Below, in pieces: positions 16,244-24,547 of a DNA stretch of 33,454 nucleotides (positions within the stretch are counted from its first letter, which is position 1; each line of letters opens with the position of its first letter). A program made the translations under genes and the position numbers. Origin of the DNA: a virus (Duplodnaviria; Caudoviricetes); IMG/VR virus record IMGVR_UViG_3300044450_000311, positions 1 to 33,454 of that record; one strand, written 5' to 3'. The notes below the pieces were generated by a model. It saw nothing but the letters and a program-made list of their open reading frames with translations. It searched no databases and was not told the DNA's origin.

Positions 16244-16869
16244 GCCTGTCGTGCCTCCACACGGCCCTCGGCGTCCCGCGCGCGGTCCCCCGCGTAGAAG
16301 ACCTCCAGCGCGCCCAGCGCCCCGATCAGCAGGCCGGCGGCCCGGTCCACGTGCATGGTCTGGCCGTGCAGGCCCTCGCTCTGGGCGAACTGCCGCAGGC
16401 TCATGCCCTCGCCGACCACTTTGACCAGCACGGCGCCGCAGGGCGAGTGCATCCCGCCGACCCGGCCCAGCGCGTCCCAGGCCCGGCCGCCGCGCACCCA
16501 GGGCTCCGGGTCGCGATAGGCGCCGCCGCCGTCGACCCGCACTCGACCGTAGTCCTGGGCCGGGGCGGCGCTCGCCCGGGCCAGCGCTTCGTAGTCGCCG
16601 CGGAAGGTCTGGCCGGCCTTGAACTGCGCCTGGTCGATCGTGCCCTTCGCCAGCAGGGTCGCCAGGCTGTCGACCTGGCGCAGCGCCACCGTCTTGCCGT
16701 CCGCCGTCACGCCTTCCTTGCGGAACTCGCCCTTCGCCGCCCGCTCCGGCGTCGGGCCCAGCCCGACGCCGGGCGCCGCCGTGCGGGCGCGCCGCCCCGT
16801 GCCGCCGAGCTTGCCGGCCGCCTTGCCGCCTGCGTGACCCGCCTTCGTCTTTCGCTTCGCCTTCGCCAT
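16240..16869 (-). CDS. DUF6456-like putative late transcription regulator/antiterminator, 209 aa
   Basis: AGGAGAAGG RBS; LLAKGTIDQAQFKAGQTFRGDYE plus C-terminal HTH-like segment; occupies the lambda Q position. Confidence 0.7.
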   Translation of the reverse strand: MAKAKRKTKAGHAGGKAAGKLGGTGRRARTAAPGVGLGPTPERAAKGEFRKEGVTADGKTVALRQVDSLATLLAKGTIDQAQFKAGQTFRGDYEALARASAAPAQDYGRVRVDGGGAYRDPEPWVRGGRAWDALGRVGGMHSPCGAVLVKVVGEGMSLRQFAQSEGLHGQTMHVDRAAGLLIGALGALEVFYAGDRARDAEGRVEARQA

Positions 16870-16953
16870 GGCCTTCTCCTCTGTCCGATCCTCGCCTGTG
16901 TGCCCCGCCCACCGAATCCCGCCGGCCGAATCCCGCCGGCCGGCCGGGCGGCG

Positions 16954-18477
16954 CTACCCGGGCGCCGCGACGGCCGTCTCCGCCGCCAACTCCCCGGCCG
17001 TCTCCCCAGCCGTCTCCCCAGCCGTCTCCGCCCCCGTCTCCGCCGCCTGGATCCGGCGCAGCGCCGCCACCGCCGCCGCCTCGGTCTCGGCGGGCGCGCC
17101 GGGCGCCAGCGCCAGCGGCACCTCGACGGCCCAGGCCTCCGCCAGGGCGGCCTCGACGGCGGCGCGCCGCGGCTCGAAATAGTCCCAGGCCACGCGCACC
17201 GACTGGCCCGGCACGCTCTTGGGCAGCAGGTCCAGGCTGGGCACCGCCGGGCGCGCCAGCACCGCGCCGCCCAGCCGCAGCGGCGCCAGCCCGGCCAACA
17301 GCCAGTGCAGCCCCTCGGCATCGATCTCGCCCCGCGCCCCGGCGGCCCGCAGGGCCGGCCGCGCCGCCGCCCAGACCCGCTCGGCCCGGCGCAGCGCCGC
17401 CGGCGCCTCGAAGGCCAGGGCGCCCGCGCTGTCCGGCCGGCGGCCGCCGGCCCCCGCCTCCGGGCCCGCCGGCGCCGCCAGCTCGGGCGGCAGCAGCCGC
17501 GCCTCGGCCAGGTGACGCACGGCGCGCCGCTGGGCGCCGACCCAGGCCGGGACCCAGCGGCGCGGGTGCGGCTTGGCGGGCTGGGTCCACTCGCCCCAGC
17601 TCTCCGGCAGCTCGCCCAGCACCACCCGCCGGCCGCAGGCCGCCTCCAGCGCGCCGCGCCAGCCCTCGACCGCCCGGCGCCAGACGGCGCCCGGGCACAG
17701 CAGCCGCACGGCGTGCGGGTCGCCGTCGGGCGCGTCGTCCGGGACCAGGGCGCAGATCCAGGCCAGGATGTCGTCCCTGCCGAGCGGCCTCTCGCCGGCA
17801 CCCTCGCCCGAAACCTCTGCCCGGGCGGCCTGGTCCAGCAGCCGCGCCAGCGCCTCCCGGAAGCGCCCGGCCCGGCTGTCCGGGTCCAGCGCCCCGGCCG
17901 GGGCGGCGACCGCATCGCCTGGCGTACCGCGTACGCCGCCGTCCGGCCCATCGCCTTCCGCCGCGCCGCCAGCCTCGCGCGCGCCCGTTTGTTCCAGGTT
18001 TTTTCGTTCTGGAGAGTTCTGGGTCTCAAATTGAGAGGGTTGGGGTCTCATTTTGAGACCCTTCCCGCCGCCAGGGGTCTCAGATTGAGAGGGGTCGCCC
18101 TGGCCGCCGCCGGCAGGGGTCTCAATTTGAGACCCTTCGCTCTGCGCGGTTTCTCCGCCGCCGGGCGCCGCCGACGCACCCTTGGCGAGCGCGTCCAGCG
18201 CGTCCAGGTTCAGCTGGAAGAACAGGCACTTGCGCTTTTTCGGCTTGCGGTCGGCGTCGCGGATGCGCTCGACCAGGCCGCGCTCTTCCAGCTTGTTGAG
18301 CGCGCGGAAGACGGTCGGCTCGCTGCTGTCGGTCATCTCGACCAGCGTGCCGATCAGCGCGTAGCACATGCCCTCGGCGTCCACCATGCTCGCCAGCGCG
18401 ACGAGCAGGCCTTTCGGGGCGAGCCCCAGGCCCCGGCACTGCCACGCGAGCTTGCGGTACTCGTGATGCGTACTCAC
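16954..18477 (-). CDS. Replication initiator with N-terminal winged HTH (lambda O-like), 507 aa
   Basis: KGLLVALASMVDAEGMCY...TLVEMTDSSEPTVFRALNKLEERGLVER HTH_36-like; internal iterons; GTGA overlap at start. Confidence 0.85.
   Translation of the reverse strand: MSTHHEYRKLAWQCRGLGLAPKGLLVALASMVDAEGMCYALIGTLVEMTDSSEPTVFRALNKLEERGLVERIRDADRKPKKRKCLFFQLNLDALDALAKGASAAPGGGETAQSEGSQIETPAGGGQGDPSQSETPGGGKGLKMRPQPSQFETQNSPERKNLEQTGAREAGGAAEGDGPDGGVRGTPGDAVAAPAGALDPDSRAGRFREALARLLDQAARAEVSGEGAGERPLGRDDILAWICALVPDDAPDGDPHAVRLLCPGAVWRRAVEGWRGALEAACGRRVVLGELPESWGEWTQPAKPHPRRWVPAWVGAQRRAVRHLAEARLLPPELAAPAGPEAGAGGRRPDSAGALAFEAPAALRRAERVWAAARPALRAAGARGEIDAEGLHWLLAGLAPLRLGGAVLARPAVPSLDLLPKSVPGQSVRVAWDYFEPRRAAVEAALAEAWAVEVPLALAPGAPAETEAAAVAALRRIQAAETGAETAGETAGETAGELAAETAVAAPG
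17988..18135. repeat. Putative replication origin: four 19-bp palindromic iterons GGGTCTCA-N3-TGAGA(CCC/GGG) plus adjacent T-rich tract
   Basis: Copies at 18021, 18043, 18075 and 18117 inside the initiator gene; T-rich segment at about 17988-18010. Confidence 0.82.
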
Positions 18478-18899
18478 GCCGCGCCCTCCCGGGAGACGGC
18501 CGCGAAGAGGTCGCCCTGATCCGCGCGCTCGGCGCCGCTTGCGCTTTCGGACTCGCCCCTAGCCGCCTCTCGCGCCGCGTCCGCCTGCGCGTCCTCCGAC
18601 GCCGCGGGGGGTGCCGGGATCAAGGCGGCAAACACTTCCGCGGGCAGCATCCCGTCCTTCAGCTCGACGGCCAAGGCGCAGAAGCCGGGCCGGCGGCTGC
18701 GCACGGCCGCGCCGGACCGATAGGCCAGCTCCACGGTGCCGTTGAGGCGATGCAGCACCCGGTGCGCCACCGTCGGCGCCGGAGTCAGGCCGGCCAGCCC
18801 AGCGCGCCGCACGCCGGGCGCCAGCGGCAGCACGCGCGCCTGACGGAGAGCCGCCACCACCGCGCACAGCGGCACGTCATGGTAGAGCCGCGCGCTCAC
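18474..18899 (-). CDS. Hypothetical protein, 141 aa
   Basis: GTGA overlaps at both ends, GAGGAGG RBS; C-terminal QGDLF resembles a beta-clamp-binding motif. Confidence 0.65.
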   Translation of the reverse strand: MSARLYHDVPLCAVVAALRQARVLPLAPGVRRAGLAGLTPAPTVAHRVLHRLNGTVELAYRSGAAVRSRRPGFCALAVELKDGMLPAEVFAALIPAPPAASEDAQADAAREAARGESESASGAERADQGDLFAAVSREGAA

Positions 18900-19789
18900 G
18901 CCGCGCCCTCCTCGCCGGCAGCGCCGGCCGCCAGCCCAGGCACGCCGAAGTCCAGCAGTCCGCGCGCGCCCTGGCGCGCCTCCCAGGCTGCCGGGTTCAG
19001 CCACAGGCACTCGGTGCGCGCCCGTGCCCCGTCCGCCAGCGCCGCGCGCTCGACCCGCGGCCAGTCGCCGAACAGCCGGTCGTAGAGCGCACAGGGGTAG
19101 CCCGAGAGAACGACCATCCCGACGCAGCCGCGCAGCGCCTCGGCCAGCGCTTCGTGGTCCGCGTCGGTCATTTCGTGGCGGTACTGTTTCTTGCAGCAGG
19201 GGTTGCCCTGGCGCCGCGTGGCATGAACGTAGGGCGGGTCGACGTAGTGCAGCGTATCGGCGCGGTCCTCGCGCGCGATCACCTCGGCCGCCGGCAGGTT
19301 GTCGATCGTCACGCCCTGCATGCGGTCGCAGACCGCCGCGAGCCGCGCCGGGTAGCGCATCCAGTCCCGCGCCACGTCGCTGCCGTTGCGGGTCGAGCCC
19401 CGCCGAAATCCGGTCTTGTGCCCGCTGGCCGCCGCCGAGCCGAAGCCCATGTAGGACCGGGCGACCGTCCGCCGCGCCTGCTCGACCGGGTCGTCGCTTG
19501 CCTCGTAGGAGTCCGCGAACTCGGCGCGGGCGTAGGGCGTCAGCCGCAGCAGCCGCTCCAGCTCGGCACAGCGCGCCGGGTCGCGCACCACGCGGAACAG
19601 GTTGACGATCTCGCCGTCCAGGTCGTTGTAGACCTCCCGGTAGGGCGCACGCGGCTTCGCCAGCAGCACCGAGGCGCCCCCGCCGAAGGGCTCGACATAG
19701 GTGCGGTGCGGCGGGAAATGGTCGATGATCCAGGGCGCCAGCAGCGCCTTTCCGCCGTGATACCGCAGGATCGGCTTGCACCCGCTCAC
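18896..19789 (-). CDS. DNA adenine methyltransferase, D12/Dam class, 297 aa
   Basis: LRYHGGKALLAPWI, YVEPFGGGASVL, EVYNDLD, HYVDPPY, VVLSGY, TECLWLN motifs. Confidence 0.95.
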   Translation of the reverse strand: MSGCKPILRYHGGKALLAPWIIDHFPPHRTYVEPFGGGASVLLAKPRAPYREVYNDLDGEIVNLFRVVRDPARCAELERLLRLTPYARAEFADSYEASDDPVEQARRTVARSYMGFGSAAASGHKTGFRRGSTRNGSDVARDWMRYPARLAAVCDRMQGVTIDNLPAAEVIAREDRADTLHYVDPPYVHATRRQGNPCCKKQYRHEMTDADHEALAEALRGCVGMVVLSGYPCALYDRLFGDWPRVERAALADGARARTECLWLNPAAWEARQGARGLLDFGVPGLAAGAAGEEGAA

Positions 19790-20703
19790 GCCGCGCCCTC
19801 CTCGCCGTCGGAAAGCCGTGGCCGCGCGAGCTGCGCCACGCGCGTCGGCGCGGCGGGCTGGCGGGCGAAGGGCGCGGCGGCCGGCCCGTGCCAGACCCAC
19901 CAGGTCATGTTCTGGGTCGGGTTGCCCTCGCCGGTCCAATCGATCCGCCAGCCGAGCTTCAGCTCGAGCGCCGGCGGCAGGTCGTGCCACAGCGCCCCGC
20001 GCCCGCCGGCGTGGAAGAAGTCGCTCGGCAGCAGCAGCGCCAGCAGCCCCGGCCGCATCCGCATCCCCTGCCGCAGAAAATCCACGGCCAGCTTGAAGGG
20101 CGGGTTGGTGATCAGCGCCGCAGGCAGGAGGCTTGTTGGCCCCTCGCGCGCTGGCGCGCTGCCGGCGTTTTCTTGCGCCTCGCGCGCCCAAGCGCTGCCG
20201 GCGCTATCGGCACCCGCCGGCAGGCCGTCAGGCCGCGAGGCGGCATCCGCAGCGCCCACGCGCTGCGAAACAACTCCCGGCAGGCCGCAAGGCCGCGAGG
20301 CGGCATCCGCAGCGCCCAGGCGCTGCGACAAGACTCCGGCGCTTTCACCGAGAAAGTCCATCACCCCCAGCCAAGTCGCGCCCTCGGGCGGCTCCGGGCA
20401 GCCCCGCTCGGCCGGGTGCACCACGTCCGCCCCGACGACCGGGATCCCGGCGGCGCAGATCGGCCGCGCCAGGTCCCACGCGCCGCAGCAGGGGTCCAGC
20501 ACCACGGGCGCGCGCCCGGCGGCAGGCGCGGCCGCAAGCGCCCGCTCCAGCGGCGCCCGCACGGCGCGCAGCAGCGCCACCACCGGTTCGGCCTGCACCG
20601 TCGGGTAGAAGTCGTCCGCGTCCCGCGCGCGCCGCCGCGGCCGCGTCTTCCCGCCCCAGAAGCAGGTGCCCAGCCCGGCCTTTTTGTCCGCCGGCCCGCT
20701 CAC
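19786..20703 (-). CDS. N6-adenine DNA methyltransferase (NPPF type) with a repeat-derived internal insertion, 305 aa
   Basis: DDFYPT, VLDPCCG (SAM binding), GADV, MDFL, ITNPPF, ALLLP, WWVW motifs. Confidence 0.85.
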   Translation of the reverse strand: MSGPADKKAGLGTCFWGGKTRPRRRARDADDFYPTVQAEPVVALLRAVRAPLERALAAAPAAGRAPVVLDPCCGAWDLARPICAAGIPVVGADVVHPAERGCPEPPEGATWLGVMDFLGESAGVLSQRLGAADAASRPCGLPGVVSQRVGAADAASRPDGLPAGADSAGSAWAREAQENAGSAPAREGPTSLLPAALITNPPFKLAVDFLRQGMRMRPGLLALLLPSDFFHAGGRGALWHDLPPALELKLGWRIDWTGEGNPTQNMTWWVWHGPAAAPFARQPAAPTRVAQLARPRLSDGEEGAA

Positions 20704-20747
20704 GCCGCACCCGCCCCGCGCCCGATACCCCCGCCTGACGCCACGGC

Positions 20748-21002
20748 TCAGGCTCCCGTTTCCCGTTTCAGCCGCGCCAGCGCCCGCTCCAGCGCCAGCA
20801 CGTCCAGCGACACGAAGCGCGGCGCCTCGACCGTCCGCCCGGCGCGGCGTTCGCACAGGGCCGTGTGGGCGGCCTCGCGCCAGGCCGTGTCGACGACGGC
20901 CTGCGCCGCGTCCAGCACGCCCTGCAGCGCCGCCAGCGCGTCGCCGTTCAGGTACTGCGTGCGCTCCAGCACGGAGGCGTTGCCGGGTGTTCTCCCGGTC
21001 AC
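20748..21002 (-). CDS. Hypothetical protein, 84 aa
   Basis: GTGA overlap with the MazG-like stop; helical protein-like composition. Confidence 0.6.
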   Translation of the reverse strand: MTGRTPGNASVLERTQYLNGDALAALQGVLDAAQAVVDTAWREAAHTALCERRAGRTVEAPRFVSLDVLALERALARLKRETGA

Positions 21003-21604
21003 TGCCCGTCCCCTGAGTCCGGCTTGAGCGCGCCCTGGGCCGTGCGCCCGGGGTGCTGCTCGAACCACCGGCCATGGCAGCCCAGCTCGCGCGCCCGGCT
21101 GGTCAGGTTCACGCCGAGCGGAAAGCCCGGGCGGGGCAAGCCGCAGTAGAACTCGCCGTCGGGACCGTCGATGCCGCAGTGCGCGCAGGCCTCGCAGGGC
21201 GCTTCCGCTTCGCTCCTTTCGCGGCCAATCTCCCGCAGCCGCTCCGGGAAGCCGACCCGCGCGCTGGTCGCGTTGAACTTGGCGGCGATCGCCGCGCCCA
21301 GGTCGACCCCTTGGCTGGCCGCCAGCAGGTCCAGGTAGATCGCCACGTCCGCCAGCTCGTCCGCGAAACCGCCGCGCAGCTCCGCCTCGCTCTGGGTGTT
21401 GCCGGCGAGGCCGTCGCGCACCCGGTTCAGCTTCTTGGCGATGTTCGCCGCCTCGCCCAGCTCGCCGGTGACCGCGCAGATCCAGTCCGACAGCGACCAG
21501 CCGTCCACGCCCTTTCCCCGACCGTCTTTACCGGGATGCCAGCGCTCGTTGCGCGCCAGGTTGGCCGCGCGCAGCTCGGCGAAGCTCAGGTCGTGCGGGT
21601 GCAT
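20999..21604 (-). CDS. MazG-like nucleotide pyrophosphohydrolase with Cys-rich C-terminal extension, 201 aa
   Basis: AGGAGA RBS; GELGEAANIAKK...ADELADVAIYLDLLA...AKFN (ExxE...ExxD) motif. Confidence 0.88.
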   Translation of the reverse strand: MHPHDLSFAELRAANLARNERWHPGKDGRGKGVDGWSLSDWICAVTGELGEAANIAKKLNRVRDGLAGNTQSEAELRGGFADELADVAIYLDLLAASQGVDLGAAIAAKFNATSARVGFPERLREIGRERSEAEAPCEACAHCGIDGPDGEFYCGLPRPGFPLGVNLTSRARELGCHGRWFEQHPGRTAQGALKPDSGDGQ

Positions 21605-21615
21605 GTTCAGGTCTC

Positions 21616-22314
21616 CTAGCGCTTGCGGTAGGTCGGGGTGCGGTTGGCCCAGCCGCCGGGCTGGGGTGCGGCCTCGCATCCGGCACCGACCTCGCCCGGA
21701 TTGGACGCCACGAAGCGCGTCCACGGCACCCAGCCGCGCCGGCAGTGGAAGCCCCAGCCGCGCACCACCGGCCCGGTCAGGAAGAACGTCAGGGCCGCCC
21801 CGCCGAAAAGTGCGGCGTCGACCGCACGCGCCTGCTTCAGCAACAGCTCGACCCGGTGCGGCGCGCTGGCCCGCCGCAGCGCCACGGCGCCGCTCTCGCG
21901 CAGCACGCCGCGCGTCGCGCCGCCGACCGAGTCGGGCAGGATCTCGCGATAGCGCCCGGCGAGGATGATCGAGCAGGACGCCCAGGGGTGGTCGTGCAGC
22001 GCGCGGTCGTCGTCGCTGCGGACGAACAGATGCAGGTAGCAGTTGAAAAAACGGTTGCGCGGCAGGACGTGCCAGCGCACCAGGTAGGGCGTCTCCAGCC
22101 CGCCGACCACGAAGTCCGGCAGCCGCCGCGCCACCCGCTTCGCCAGCCACAGCAGCGCCCGCCAGGCCTGGCGCTTGGCCCAGCCGTAGCCCCGCGCGCC
22201 GGGGGTCAGCAGCGCCAGCCGCTCGCAGAAGGCGAGGCCCCGCGCCCGCTCCGCCAGCGCCTGGCGCCTCGCCAGCGCGTCGAGGGGGTCCGTCTCTTGG
22301 GTCGTCTCCGCCAT
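21616..22314 (-). CDS. Cupin-fold (RmlC/cysteine dioxygenase-like) phage protein, 232 aa
   Basis: GGAGAGG RBS; YLHLFVRSDDDRALHDHPW...SIILAGRYRE...HRVEL...TFFLTGP...WGF cupin metal-binding pattern. Confidence 0.75.
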   Translation of the reverse strand: MAETTQETDPLDALARRQALAERARGLAFCERLALLTPGARGYGWAKRQAWRALLWLAKRVARRLPDFVVGGLETPYLVRWHVLPRNRFFNCYLHLFVRSDDDRALHDHPWASCSIILAGRYREILPDSVGGATRGVLRESGAVALRRASAPHRVELLLKQARAVDAALFGGAALTFFLTGPVVRGWGFHCRRGWVPWTRFVASNPGEVGAGCEAAPQPGGWANRTPTYRKR

Positions 22315-22333
22315 CCATCCTCTCCCGTCTCTC

Positions 22334-22603
22334 TCAGATCGGCCGCGCCTGGCCGCGCGCCCGGGCGCGCCGCTGTGCCAGCTGCTCCGCCCGCACGGCG
22401 GCGATCACCTGCTTCGGCCCCGGCCCGAAGGCGCGCCGCCAGTCGGGCACCGCGACGATCCGCCGGCGCAGCCGGGGCGGCATGGCGTGGAAGTGGGCCG
22501 GGCAAAGCAGCAGCTCCGGCCGCGTCACCCGCCAGCCGCAGCCGTGCGCGGCGCACAGCGGCCGCGCCGGCCCCCAGGCATCCCGGATGCGTGGCCGCGT
22601 CAC
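22334..22603 (-). CDS. Small putative zinc-binding protein, 89 aa
   Basis: GTGA overlap; C-x4-C...C-x2-H-(F) pattern. Confidence 0.62.
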   Translation of the reverse strand: MTRPRIRDAWGPARPLCAAHGCGWRVTRPELLLCPAHFHAMPPRLRRRIVAVPDWRRAFGPGPKQVIAAVRAEQLAQRRARARGQARPI

Positions 22604-23904
22604 GCCGCCGTCTCCGGCTCGTGCTCTTCCTCGGACCCTTCCTCGGGCTCCGGCTCCGGCTCGGGCGCGCCGGCGGGCGCGTCTGCGCCCTCGATCTCGG
22701 CCAGCAGCTCCGGCGGCAGTGGGTCCGCCCGATGCACCGGCGCCGCGACGATCAGGTCGCCTGCCGCTTCGTCCATGGCGCAGATGCGGATTTGATCGAC
22801 CCGCGCGTTCTGGCCCACACTGATCTCGACCTTCCGGTCGCCCAGCGTGTCGAGCGCGCGTGTCGCCACGTCGATCTGGATCTTGAAATCGATCGGCGTC
22901 TCGATCTCTCGGTCCAGCTCGACAGCGACCAGCGCCGCGCCCGTACTTTCGTTCGCGCGACCCGCTAGCAGCAGTCGCCCGTCCGGCAGCAGCCGCCACC
23001 AGGCCCAGGGCCGCTTGACGCCGGCCGCGGTGCTGACCGGCGCGACCTGCTCGATGCGCGAGCGTAGCTCCGCAGCGTCGACCCGCAGCCGCGCGCCGTA
23101 GGTCCGCTCCATGAAGATGCTGGCGTCGGTGTCCGGATAGTCGCCGTCCACCAGGCGCGACCAAAGGCGCTGGCGCTTCCCCTCGAAGGCGATCCAGTTG
23201 TCGCTCACACCGCTCAGCGTGATCGACGCCTTCTCGAACAGCCGCTGCACCATCGCCACGGTGTCGGCCGGCACGATGGCTCGCGGGTCGGCGACCGGGG
23301 CCGGTCCCGTCTCCGCCGCCCCCCAATCGGTATGCCGCGCGATGGCAATGGCCGTGTCCGTGGCCTCCACGAGCAGTCCCGTGCCGCCCGGCCGCGCGGC
23401 GCGCAGGTGCACGCCGTGGAGGTAGTAGCGTTCCTCGATCTGGCACATGTATGGCGCCGCCAGGGCCAGCGCCGTCATCAGGCCCTCGCTCCGGCCGCGC
23501 CATTCCGGCCCGCGCGGCGGCTCCCCCGGGAACTGGTCCGCCGGCTGCAGGCCCAGGCGCCAGCGCGCCGCGCCGGCCTCGATGTGCAGCCGGGGGCCGA
23601 CCTCGCGCAGCCGCATCTGCGAGCCGCGGTCGGCCACCTTGGTCAGGGTGCCCAGTTCCGCCGCCGGAACCGCCACCTGCCCCGCCGCCGCGACCCGCAG
23701 CACCTGGTCGTCCTCGATCTCCAGGGTCAGGCGCTGGTCGCCGTTGCTGGTCTCCAGCACCAGCGAGCCGTTCTCGCCGCCGCTGCGCGAGGCGGTCAGC
23801 AGCACGCAGGTCAGGATCGGGATGGCGTCGCTGCCCCGGCGCGCCACCAGCTGCGCCTTCTGCAGCGCCTCGCGCAGCACGCGCGTCTCGATGGTCAGGT
23901 CCAT
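22600..23904 (-). CDS. dnaN: DNA polymerase III beta sliding clamp homolog, 434 aa
   Basis: IPILTCVLL, ADQFP, EERYYLHGVHL, EATD, AIVP, SRLVDGDYPD motifs of beta clamps; divergent third domain and acidic tail. Confidence 0.85.
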   Translation of the reverse strand: MDLTIETRVLREALQKAQLVARRGSDAIPILTCVLLTASRSGGENGSLVLETSNGDQRLTLEIEDDQVLRVAAAGQVAVPAAELGTLTKVADRGSQMRLREVGPRLHIEAGAARWRLGLQPADQFPGEPPRGPEWRGRSEGLMTALALAAPYMCQIEERYYLHGVHLRAARPGGTGLLVEATDTAIAIARHTDWGAAETGPAPVADPRAIVPADTVAMVQRLFEKASITLSGVSDNWIAFEGKRQRLWSRLVDGDYPDTDASIFMERTYGARLRVDAAELRSRIEQVAPVSTAAGVKRPWAWWRLLPDGRLLLAGRANESTGAALVAVELDREIETPIDFKIQIDVATRALDTLGDRKVEISVGQNARVDQIRICAMDEAAGDLIVAAPVHRADPLPPELLAEIEGADAPAGAPEPEPEPEEGSEEEHEPETAA

Positions 23905-24335
23905 TTTTCCAGGCTTTCTTTCTCGATGATCCAGATCCGGCCGAGCACGCCTCCGCCGCCCCGCACCAGCGCGCATCCCAGGTCGCCGGCCACCATCTTC
24001 CGCGGCCGGATGGTGCGCCGGCCCGGCCCGCCGTCGTCGTCGAAGCCCAGCGTCTCGTACACGTCGCGGATGGCCTCTTCGTCGCGGATCTCGCAGCGCA
24101 CCCACGCGGCGGCGACTTCTTCGACCGCCTCCACGATCGTCCGCTCCTCCGGGGTCATGGGGTCGGGCTCGCCGTAGGGGTCGTCCCCGACCTTGTTCGG
24201 GCTCAGCAGGTCCAGCCCGTCCAGCGCCTCGGTGACCAGCGCGTGCAGCGTGCCCGGCGGCAGCTCGACCTGCCCGACCCGCTGCCCTTCCACCTCGAGC
24301 GTCCCGTCGCGGAGGCAGCGCAGCTCCCGGCTCAT
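23895..24335 (-). CDS. Hypothetical protein, 146 aa
   Basis: ATGA overlap with the upstream gene; acidic protein-like sequence; overlaps the clamp start. Confidence 0.65.
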   Translation of the reverse strand: MSRELRCLRDGTLEVEGQRVGQVELPPGTLHALVTEALDGLDLLSPNKVGDDPYGEPDPMTPEERTIVEAVEEVAAAWVRCEIRDEEAIRDVYETLGFDDDGGPGRRTIRPRKMVAGDLGCALVRGGGGVLGRIWIIEKESLEKWT

Positions 24336-24547
24336 TGCCCGCCAGCCCGCGCCAGCGAACCGCACGCCCGCGCCAGCGCGCCGGCCTCCAGGCCGTGCGC
24401 GTTCAGCGTCTCGGCCAGCGCCGCCGCGTCGGCCGCGTCGGCGCAGCGAAAGGGCCCGCGATGGCTGGCGCGCGGGTCGCGGCTGGCGACCAGGTAGGCG
24501 CCGCCGTCCCACTCGAAGAACCACTCCGGCAAAGCTCGATTGCTCAT
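24332..24547 (-). CDS. Hypothetical protein, 71 aa
   Basis: GAGGAG RBS before ATG 24547; coupled to the next gene. Confidence 0.6.
   Translation of the reverse strand: MSNRALPEWFFEWDGGAYLVASRDPRASHRGPFRCADAADAAALAETLNAHGLEAGALARACGSLARAGGQ

Noticed and set aside
11039-18519. Long plus-strand ORFs opposite protease, portal, terL and the initiator (e.g. 13130..14983, 16225..18519)
   Set aside because: Shadow frames of well-supported minus-strand genes; no motifs or RBS
18896-20703. Restriction-modification system
   Set aside because: No adjacent endonuclease recognisable; both methyltransferases look like orphan phage enzymes
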